Shown here piece by piece: positions 53,202 to 64,000 of a stretch of 64,000 bases of DNA (positions are counted from its first letter, which is position 1; every line of letters begins with the position of its first letter). The stretch is taken from the NCBI GenBank assembly GCA_964247055.1, contig OZ176054.1, forward strand, positions 12,958,001 to 13,022,000. The letters are read 5' to 3'. The stretch is from Paragordius varius (Eukaryota; Animalia; Nematomorpha). Both the position numbers and the translations under genes were made by a program. The notes under the pieces are model-generated. The model worked only from the letters and a program-made list of their open reading frames with translations. It was not told the DNA's origin and ran no database searches.

Positions 53202-54888
53202 GACTGATGTGAATTTAAGTCAGTAAGATAGTAAGACGGTAAGACAGAAAGATAGTAAGACGGTAAGACAGTAAGATAGTAAGACGGTAAGACAGTAAGA
53301 CAGTAAGCATAAGACAGTAAGATATTTGTATAAAAAACATACATTCGTGATAAGTCTGCTAATAGGAGACTTATCAAAATTTCAAAGTATTATAACTTGA
53401 AATTGCATCTTTTTGAATTCTGTAAACTGGAGGATTGAAAGTCAGGTATCCTTTACAAATAATATATAGGGTTGAGTGAAAATGCGTAATTCTTTCGACA
53501 CGAAACTGAGTTTACTAAACACCTCCAAAAATTGTATAAATCTTAAAAAATATATAAAAAATCTTGGGTATTATAGAAGAAAATGGCATCTATACCATTG
53601 TTTCTTATTTGGTAAATATTTTTTTTATATTTTTACAGTTTTAACAATTTTTTTTAAAAAAATTGTACTTTATGGTTCTGACAACAACAAAAATAAATAT
53701 AGCTAAATATTATTATAATAAATTTGAATTTTGTACTCTAAAATCAGCTTTTAACCCGATAATAACCGTTTTCCCCTAAAATTTTACATGCAGAACGATA
53801 TCAGATCCAGGGAAGTTTTGGTGGAATTTCTTGAAAAGTAAATTATTAATAAATATATAGATTTCCAATAGATAAGAGACAGAAGGACACTCATTTATGG
53901 TCTGATCGTTAATGCCTGAGCCTATGGAATCTACATATATATTTCAATGCAAATTACTTAATATATAAGCAGCTGAAATTCCCTCATCACAATCATTGGA
54001 TTTATTTTTACTAAATTTATTTAAGGATAAAATTTTTTGTTTGTTTCATTTTTTGCAAAACTTTTTAATCGTATATTTAATATTAGTAAACATCTTCTGT
54101 AACTGTTTTAAGTTCTCGCCATCATTAACTTTTGTTATATATTCACTAAACAATAAATCCCATTGATCTTTGTGCATAACTAAACTGTTGGATTTTCTAG
54201 AATATAATATTGGAAATCTATATATTTATTAATAATTTACTTTTCAAGAAATTCCACCAAAACTTCCCTGGATCTGATATCGTTCTGCATGTAAAATTTT
54301 AGGGGAAAACGGTTATTATCGGGTTAAAAGCTGATTTTAGAGTACAAAATTCAAATTTATTATAATAATATTTAGCTATATTTATTTTTGTTGTTGTCAG
54401 AACCATGAAGTACAATTTTTTAAAAAAAAATTGTTAAAACTGTAAAAATATAAAAAAAATATTTACCAAATAAGAAACAATGGTATAGATGCCATTTTCT
54501 TCTATAATACCCAAGATTTTTTATATATTTTTTAAGATTTATACAATTTTTGGAGGTGTTTAGTAAACTCAGTTTCGTGTCGAAAGAATTACGCATTTTC
54601 ACTCAACCCTATATATTATTTGTAAAGGATACCTGACTTTCAATCCTCCAGTTTACAGAATTCAAAAAGATGCAATATTTTTCAAGTTATAATACTTTGA
54701 AATTTTGATAAGTCTCCTATTAGCAGACTTATCACGAATGTATGTTTTTTATACAAATATCTTACTGTCTTATGCTTACTGTCTTACTATCTTACTGTCT
54801 TACCGTCTTACTATCTTACTGTCTTACCGTCTTACTATCTTTCTGTCTTACCGTCTTACTATCTTACTGACTTAAATTCACATCAGTC
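53202..54888. mobile_element. Foldback-like palindromic element, 1687 bp: arms 53202-53870 and 54208-54888, spacer 337 bp
   Basis: The arms are near-perfect reverse complements (termini GACTGATGTGAATTTAAGTCAG). They carry a subterminal GTAAGAYR octamer array and a GATAAGTCT-N9-AGACTTATC hairpin. Absent from intron 2 of the other copies. TTT on both flanks is a candidate TSD only. Confidence 0.9.
54046..54290 (-). CDS. Small spliced Myb/SANT-like ORF (66 aa) inside the foldback element; exons 54290-54241 and 54196-54046
   Basis: A 44-nt GT-AG intron joins MQNDIRSREVLVEFLEK to KSNSLVMHKDQWDLLFSEYITKVNDGENLKQLQKMFTNIKYTIKKFCKK*. The W...QLxKxxxN(I/L)K...KK spacing resembles Myb_DNA-bind_5 domains. 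Assignment is by pattern recall only. Confidence 0.5.
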
Positions 54889-57800
54889 TTTATCTTGTTA
54901 TATATAATTATAATAATTTTCTTAATATCGTTAAGTTAAAAAATTAAAAATTACAGTAAAAATTGAAATTATACGGACAAAACTTAAAAATATAAAGACA
55001 ATTTTTTTCTAAAAGACAACCCTACCCATATAAGCTACTTAATTATAATTGTAAAATATATGATTGTGTTTGTATTATATATCTCTATTTCACACTTTGC
55101 CATTTAAACCAATGAGTTATGATGAAATAAATCAAGATTTACAAAGTATGGTTGTCTTTTGTGGAAAAAAATATTTGTCTTTATAATTTTAAGTTTTGTC
55201 CGTATAATTTCAATTTTTACTGTATTAGTAGTTCTTTAATATATATATGATAGAGCTTATCCCATTCAAGAATACCCAGGAAAATTGTTGGAATGCAAAG
55301 CTATAATGGCAATGATAATGAACAATTTGGATCCTGACGTGGCTCAATTCCCTGAAGAGTTGGTCACCTATGGGTCCAACGGTCAAGTTTTTAGCAATTG
55401 GATTCAAGTATAACCATCCATTATTATACGGAATAGTTTTAACATTTTATGCATAATTTTTATTTAACTAAATGTATTATTTTTATACCATTTTGACAAA
55501 AACAATCTCAATTTGCTATTAAAATGTTATATTTAGGTTGAATAAACAGTAAAAATTGGAATTATACGGACAAAATGTTAAAATATAACGACAAATATAT
55601 TTTTTTAGAAGAAAACCATACTTTTTTAAACTCCATTTCCTAAAATTTACCTCATTGTTTCAAATTGCAAATTAAATTTTCAGTTTTTACTGTATATATA
55701 TTTAAACATTGTTATGAAACAACATTATTTATGGGTAGGTTTAGGTCGGACTGGTTACGAATGCATTTATGATCATGGTAGCATAAGCCATTTTTTGCAT
55801 ACATGTTCACCATATGTTTATTAGTGTAAAAATTGAAATTACACATACAAAACGTAAAAATATCAACAAAAGCTCTTATTTGATTTTTAAAATGTAACTC
55901 ATTGTTTTAAATTGCAAAGTGTGGAAATAGATATGCAAATTAGTAACACTAATTATATATTTACATTTGTAATTAAATAATTCAAATGGTGGGATATATT
56001 ATAACTCAGCGGTAAATTCTAAATAACTAACAAAGAGCCAGTTTTTTTGCCCAACCTACTTTTTAAAAACTTTTTAAAACAATTAGTTTAACAAATAAGA
56101 GCATTAACTTTTAGATAATCTATGGTTAAATTATTGGGTTCGGCATTTCATAAATATTGTGTTATATTTAATTTTTTCCACAGTTCTTATTAACCATGAA
56201 ATATTTGTGTGAAATGGAGAATTATCAAACTTTAGTGCTATGTTCAGGACATCCGCATGGTTTATTCCCAAACATTTGGAATTTTAACACATGTGAAAAA
56301 ACGGGGAAATTAGGTAATAAACTCTTTTTATAAAGTTGATAAAAAATTTATTTTTTTGATCATTTAAGAATTGTATGCGTATACTATTTTTAAACCCATG
56401 CTAACATAAAGAAATACAGCCAAGTTATCCGCGTTTGATTATTACAAATGGCCTGGTGTTACCAACATGTCAGGAACCAGAAAAGTAGCTTGATAGAGCC
56501 TACGCGTCGGATTACGAGCGATTATTTGGTTTGAATGTTAGCCAATATGGACAAATGACAGCAGGGAGTTTTTGTTACATTGGACCTCAGGGTATAGTCC
56601 ATGGCACAACACTAACTTTGCTTAATATTGCTCGAGCAAATTTTGCTGTCCAGAATGTGACTGATATGGTGGGTAAGGTAACGCATAATACTACAATATG
56701 GATACCTTTAAATATGTTTTGAGTGGGTATTGGTGCCGGAATTATTTTGGGGGTGTTTAAGATAAATATTTTACAAACGGTCATAAAATAAAAGTTTTTT
56801 AGAATTTTTATCATTAAAATTTTTCAACTTAATATTAATATTCTTAGTTATTTCATTCAAATACCAATAGTATATTGTTGTGGATAATATAGAAAAGCAA
56901 ATATTTTGGCTTAAATTATACAGTAAAAATTGGAATTATACGGACAAAATGTAAAAATATAAAGATTAATATTTTTTCTAAAAGAAACCATACCTTTTTA
57001 AACTCCATTTTTAAAAATATAACTCATTGTTTTAAATTACAATTCATAAAATTAATATGAAATTGGTGACACAATCAATTCTATATATATATAACAGTTG
57101 TAATTAAATAGCTTATATGAGAAAAATTAAGGTTTGTAAAAGTATGGTTGTCGTTTAGTAAAAAATTTTTGTCGTTATATTTTTACGTTTAGTCCTATAA
57201 TTTCAGTTTTTACTGTATTTTTGCGGCTATTTATTCAGATTCCTATCAAAAAAGTTGAGACATTGGCGGTTTGACCATAATTTTAAAATTAAAACCATTT
57301 ATAATCATGGCCAAAATATATTTAATCAAAGTACAAATCTATCTAATTAAAACTATAGCCAAAACAGGCTTCAGAATTCCTTTAAATTTTCTAATGTATT
57401 GCATAAAAATGAAATAGCTTTTTTTAAAAAAAAATCTTTAGGTATTTGTATCAAGTGGATTGGGAGGAATGAGTGGAGCTCAAGCTAAGGCTTGCAAAAT
57501 TTTGTCATGTTTTGGGCTTATTGCTGAAGTAAAATTTATTCCCCCTATGTTTATATATCATGATAAGTTAATTTACCAAAATTATTTAGTAGATATTATG
57601 ACTCTTGAGGGAAAATTTATTTTATTAACAATATTCATTAGATAAATAGTGTGACAGCGCAAAAAAGATTGAATCAAGGATGGTTGGATGAAGTTAGCGA
57701 TGACTTGGATTACTGTATTAACCAAATACGACAATATAAACGGGATTTTATTAGCAAATCTATAGCATACTGTGGAAACATTGTGGATCTCTGGTAAAAA

Positions 57801-59348
57801 CGGGACAAATTTGTTCTTTTATGTAGAAAACGTACATGCATTTTTGTTTTACAGCTAAAAAAAATAATGTTTAGGGCGAAATTGGCAGAAATTTTTGAGG
57901 AAACCGGTGAGAAATTAATCGATTTTGGTTCTGACCAAACCTCTCTTCACAATCCCTACAATGGTGGATACTATCCGGTCGGTTATAGCTGGGATGATGC
58001 AAATCGATTATTGGCAACAAATCCTGAACGGTTTCAGAGGGAAGTTTGTCAAAGTTTGATACAGCAAGTCACGCATATCAATAAGTTTTTTCCTAATTAT
58101 CATCTAATTTGAAATTTTATCAAACCAAGTTTATTTCTCCTATTAGATTTACAGAAATGACTGGGTTAGTATTTTTTGATTATGGCAATGCTTTTTTGCT
58201 TGAAGCTGCAAAAGCTGGAGCACCAATTTACAAAAATAGCGATATAGGATGATAATTTGGGAGAAATAAATCAAATTGGCGATTCAGTTGAACGGATTTA
58301 CAGATACCCATCCTATGTGGAAAATGTAATGGGTGAAATTTTCTCATTTGGGTTTGGGCCCTTTCGTTGGGTATGTATGAGCCAGGATCCGAAAGATCTT
58401 GCTTATACCGATAAACTTGCGCTTTCCATCCTTAGGGAGATTGCGAATGAACTAGATTCTAAAATACTTCAGTGCGAACAAAAACAAGAGCAGCGCAGCA
58501 AAGTTGAACTTTATGCCCGAATAAAATCTTACTATGTCGATAATTGCTTTTGGATGGAACACATCATTTCTCAACCCGGTGTGGGATACCTCACTGTAGG
58601 ATCTCTAGCCCGGATTTAGTCCGACGTTCAAGGGCGAATACGACTGGCTTGTGCCTTCAATAAGGCCATCGCAGATGGACACATAACGCAACCGATTGTG
58701 TGTAGTCGAGACCATCATGATGTTTCGGGGGCTGATAGCCCTTGGCGGGAAACAGCTAACGTTCGAGACGGTTTCAACATGTGCATAGACATGTCCATTC
58801 AAAATGTCTTGGGAAACGCCGCCAGGGGTGCAACTTGGGTAGCCCTTCACAATGGCGGAGGAGTTGGTTGGAACCGTGCAAGCAATAATGGATTAGGTCT
58901 TGTGCTAGATGGAAAACCGGAGACCGAACAGCGCATAAAGAATGTTATGATGTGGGATGTATTGAATGGTATGGTACGGAGATGTTGGTCTAATGCTTAT
59001 AACTATAGCAACAATGAAATTGAGTCTCTCTCCGAAAAACGTGGGAAATCATTGCCCTTAAATGAGAAAACGACGTATTACAATGATCTTATAAAGAGTT
59101 ATTTGCAAGAACTTCAAACGGATATTAAGGGCTTAAAAGTAACTTTACCCTTTGGTGAGTAAATTAGAAGAAACTTTATTCAAAAAGATATATGTCTATT
59201 TATGTATTTGTTACAATATATATTATATATGATAAAATTAATTTCCATATTATTATAAATACTTTGATGTCATCTATGTGTGTTTTAATAATTGACTATA
59301 GTTTTTATACTTTTTGCCAAAACAATCACAGATACTTCCTTTATATGA

Positions 59349-60343
<995 letters not shown>

Positions 60344-60484
60344 TTATATGGGTCTCCGCAACTCAGAGATTTTAAGTTAAAATTAAATCTTATATTCAAA
60401 AAGTAATTTTTATATCAGCTGATTTAAAGCGTTTTTGATATTCCTTGTCCGTATTTGAGAATTCTAAATTAGAATTAAGTAAGA

Positions 60485-61106
60485 GACACTGGACGCAACC
60501 ATGGAGAATTCTCCTCCGGGCTAGAATGCAATCAATGACAATGCTGGATAGTGGCTTTGCGCTGGCTGAGGCTAATGGGACGAATTGGGAAGATTGATAC
60601 ACTACTCTGGAGACTGCGCAGAACCAATAGCTGGCAATCAATAGGGCATGGCTGTCTGATCTTGGATAGTCACCCGTAGAGTGATGGCATTAACTACACT
60701 ATACAATCTTCTGCAAGGGTCTCCTACTGGGCTCTACGACAACCTCACTGTATGCCTTTGCCATTCCCGGCATAATTATAGGAGCGCTTGGGGATGTCGC
60801 GTCAGGTAGGCAGAATTGGCTTCGCAGAGATTGTGTAGCTGTAGCAGTTTGTGTAGCCTTAACAGATAGGACTTATTTGATTACCTTTATTAACTTATTA
60901 TTATTAATTTATTTTGATTTATGAACATTTATCCATAATTGACATTTACTGATTTATTTTTGGCCTTAAACTATAATTTAATGTTGATCTCGTTTTGGCT
61001 TTGCCAGACGGTTTAAGTGACAATAACCCATTGGGTCAGCCGTAATCATAATAACTTGTTACCATTAATTTATGAGAGGGACACCTCCTATGATACGTTT
61101 TGCATT

Positions 61107-61151
<45 letters not shown>

Positions 61152-61303
61152 GTTCCATTGAATATCTTTGTTAGAAGCCCTGAAGAATGGTTGACGTCCC
61201 CCTGCCCTGAGGCGCGTAAAAGCGTAGGAAGGCGGTAAGGATCGTCCTGTGCGGACAGTTACGGTATGGAGCAAGCCTGTCACACCCTTTTCTGGATACC
61301 TGG
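60485..61303. mobile_element. Unclassified 819-bp insertion with 11-bp TSD ATTAAGTAAGA
   Basis: TSD at 60474-60484 and 61304-61314; single copy at the empty site in the other units. Both ends are GC-richer, with a central (TA)n at ~61102-61138. No TIR, LTR or intact ORF recognised. Confidence 0.75.
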
Positions 61304-61697
61304 ATTAAGTAAGAATACAAGTGTTTTTTTAATTATCTAATAATATCTATATATGATAACACAAAGGAACATTTAATTAAAATAAATTCAATCTCTGTAA
61401 TATTAGATAATTATTTTTAACAAAAAAAGATTTATATAGCAATACAATAAATAAATTTTGGCAATCATTATTGTGGTGCACATTTCTTATTTATAGTAGC
61501 GAATGGCATTAAACAATAGACCGTAAAAGAATAAAAAAATGTTTTTTACAAAACAAGGGGATATTATGGATAGGTGTATATACAACTAGGGTTGTTTTTA
61601 TAAACACATTTTTTATTCTTTTATGGACTAATAATGTTTTATGCCATACGCTACTGTATGTATGCACAACATATATGCGCTCAGGAATTATATTTTC

Positions 61698-62902
61698 TGT
61701 TGTTGTTGAGCTTGTAGTCGGTTATCGACCATTAGCGATTTTGTAGGAAAACCTCCTCCATTCGGTTCTGTCGTGAGCTTTTTGAGATAGTTTTTGCAAT
61801 GACAATTTGGAAAGTGATAATATTTCGTCTACCCAGCGAATACGTCTGCGTCCTCTTCCTCTCTTACCATTTACTTTTCCTAACATAATATCCTTTTCCG
61901 AAGAATTGCCCCGAATAATGTGTCCAAAGTAACCGAATTTTTGTTTTATTATTTTACCCCGAAGCGTTGTTTGTGCGTTAATTTTATTTACAATATCGAT
62001 ATTCTTTATTTTGTCCTTCCATGTTATACCAAGTATCTTTCTCCAGCAAAACATTTCAAACGCGTTTATTCTTTTTTCGTCTTCACTTTTGATAGTCCAG
62101 CTTTCACACCCGTATAACATGATAGGAAAGATTAATGCATTTACTAGTCGGATTTTTGTTTTAAGGGTTATGTCATGAGATTTCCATAACTTGTAGTGTG
62201 AGGATAGAGCGCATTTGGCGATAGCTATGCGTCTTCTTATTTCTTGGGAACTGGAGCTTAAGTTGTTGATAATGCTTCCAAGGTATGTGTATTCGTTGAC
62301 TACTTGAATTGTTTCGCCATTAATCCGAAGCGAGTCATAGGAATGAGGGGAGTTGATATGTAAAATTTAGTTTTGTTGAGGTTTAATGTAAGATTGTATT
62401 TTTTGCACACATTTATAAAAGTTCGGAGACTGTTTTCGAGGTTTGTTTGTGAATTTGCTAAGATAACCGTGTCGTCTGCGTAGTGGAGAGTCGTCAGAGT
62501 ATGACCCCCTACTTTTATTCCTGGCAGATTTAGATCCCTCATGATACATTCCAAATATATGTTGAACAACATGGGGGATAAAATGCAGCCTTGACGCAGA
62601 CCTATGTTCATTGGGCTCCAAGAGGTTGGGCCATGCGGGGTGTTAAGTGATAGGTAGGAGTTGGAGTATATGGATTTAATTAGTTTTATTAAGTGATCGG
62701 AAACTCCTATTTGTTTAAGGGCCTTCCAGAGAATGTCATGTTGAACGGTATCAAAGGCTTTAGAAAAATCCACGAAACATAGGTGTAGCTCATTTTGGAA
62801 TTCACAGTTTTTTTCCATTATCCATCTAAGGTTTGAGATCATGTCTCGGCATCCTCTTTTTTCTCTAAAGCCTGCCTGTGTCATTGATATTTCCGGTTTG
62901 AC
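61698..62902 (-). mobile_element. 5'-truncated RTE-clade LINE (RT domain), one frameshift near 62355, (CAA)n 3' tail
   Basis: QAGFREKRGCRD, FVDFSKAFDTV, GLRQGCILSPMLFNIY, LHYADD, YTYLGS, MLYGCESW, GKRGRGRRRIRW; ends CTCAACAACAACA. No clear TSD. Confidence 0.92.
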
Positions 62903-63198
62903 AAATATGGCACGTGTGGGTCTTTTGATATAATTCTTTTTTTTACCTGTACATTTTTTTGATGAAACTTCTGGTATAAATATTATTGATTATCAATTTT
63001 AGAAGTCATTGAATTATCAATAAAAGTTATAAAATCAAATATATATCTATATATTGTTTAGCCTGTTTCAATACAAAGTCAGTTTATGTGGTATTAAAAT
63101 TATAATATAAATCTTTCAAAATCAAGAATTTTTTTTAAACAATAATTTTATTTATTTAATTACATCACAGAATAGAGGACATTAAATGGATCCATAAT

Positions 63199-63367
63199 TC
63201 AATCATTAGAGTTTTGTGGCCTAAAACAAATGCATAAATTTGTCATGAAGGGTGATGTGTTTGATTTAGTTTTCGATTTTTTGACATTTTTATTGTTTTC
63301 GAATTGATGTTTGGAACCTTCTGGAGGAGTCTTGAACTTAACGCGTGATCCAATATTATCTTCTTGA
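63199..63367 (-). CDS. CSNK1G: Last exon of CK1-gamma copy 4 (rest of the gene beyond the window)
   Basis: AG|T CAA GAA GAT ... [12 protein letters not shown]; 169 nt, which is an in-frame 6-nt deletion relative to copies 1 and 2. Confidence 0.85.
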
Positions 63368-64000
63368 CTATAAAAAAGATTTAAAAAAGTTTCCTATAAA
63401 ATTAGAGATCGGTACCGTTAACTAATACACGGTTTTTGGATTTTCAAATAAGCTTTATTCTTTATTAAATATAAATTGTTTGGATTTTCAAATATACCTT
63501 TATTCTTTATATTATGTCACATAACATAGGGTATAAATTGTAATTATACGGAAAAAACGTAAAAAATATTTTTTTTACAAAAGACCGCTGTACTTTTTAA
63601 AACTTTATTTTCGACATAAATCATTGTTTGTATATTTGTGGTATGTAATAAAGATGTAAATTGGAAACAACAATCAATTAGGATTTTAAAATTTAATTAA
63701 AATAATTTATATAGGATAATTAGGGTTTACAAAAGTATGGTGTTTTCATAAAAAGACTCTCATTATATTACGTTTTGTTTGTATCATTTTTGGAGGTTAT
63801 TAGGCTCTATATAAATCTAATAAAAGAACTATTTTTGACAAAAAAAAACTATTACGAATCCCATAAACAATCCCACTTTCCAATCCCAGAATAAAAATCA
63901 ATTAATAGTATTAAAATTTTGAAATGACTTAATGAGTTTCAATAAGGAAATTTTATTTTCCTTAAAAACTTATAATCAACTAAATGCCATTTTACTAGTA

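Larger units (their letters stand above)
51937..59162 (+). pseudogene. UROC1: Urocanate hydratase copy E (exons 51937-52074, 53031-53161, 55254-55407, 56184-56313, 56412-56677, 57442-57528, 57642-57793, 57875-58084, 58147-59162)
   Basis: CAG>TAG at 56486-56488; 2-nt deletion near 58250; 3-nt deletion creating TAG at 58617-58619. Confidence 0.93.

Noticed and set aside
53223-53324. GTAAG arrays (also 21602-21700 and ~54760-54868) as CRISPR or telomeric repeats
   Set aside because: No unique spacers and no cas genes; the arrays sit subterminally in inverted-repeat elements.
53476-53706. Twin ORFs MKMRNSFDTKLSLL (also 54420-54602)
   Set aside because: They are mirror images from the palindrome arms, low in complexity, with no protein motif.
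19832-56488. In-frame stops in urocanase as a sign of a reassigned genetic code
   Set aside because: The stops replace different residues (TAA for E and Q, TAG for W and Q, TGA for G), are private to single copies and come with frameshifts; true gene ends use TAA, TGA and TAG normally.
1-59162. Urocanase as a horizontally acquired bacterial hutU
   Set aside because: It has 8 spliceosomal introns and the eukaryote-type N-terminal extension.
61178-61230. CTGAAGA as a hammerhead ribozyme core, and HDV/twister fits nearby
   Set aside because: No stem II followed by GAAA; by-eye HDV and twister templates did not fit on either strand.

Overview
AT-rich, intron-containing animal DNA, probably from an invertebrate; the species cannot be identified from the sequence alone. 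The whole window is a diverged tandem array of a ~13.5-kb amplicon. Each unit holds a eukaryotic-type urocanate hydratase gene (+, 9 exons), the 3' half only of an acetylcholinesterase gene including its T/WAT exon (-), and a casein kinase 1 gamma/gilgamesh gene (-, 6 exons) sharing a ~2-kb divergent promoter region with the next urocanase. There are five urocanase copies, each with a private disabling lesion. There are four AChE 3' fragments plus one T-exon relic. Of the CK1-gamma copies, two are complete and open, one has a frameshift in the C-terminal tail, and one is cut by the window edge. Units 2 and 3 are joined by a deletion bounded by transposon ends. Unit-specific insertions include a Mag-like Ty3/gypsy element with identical LTRs but an in-frame loss of most of the integrase, a 1.5-kb non-autonomous LTR element, a 1.7-kb foldback-like palindrome carrying a small spliced Myb/SANT-like gene, a truncated RTE LINE, an 819-bp insert with an 11-bp TSD and many TA-flanked MITEs. 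Exon coordinates were derived by hand from GT-AG boundaries and remembered homologue motifs; no database searches were run.
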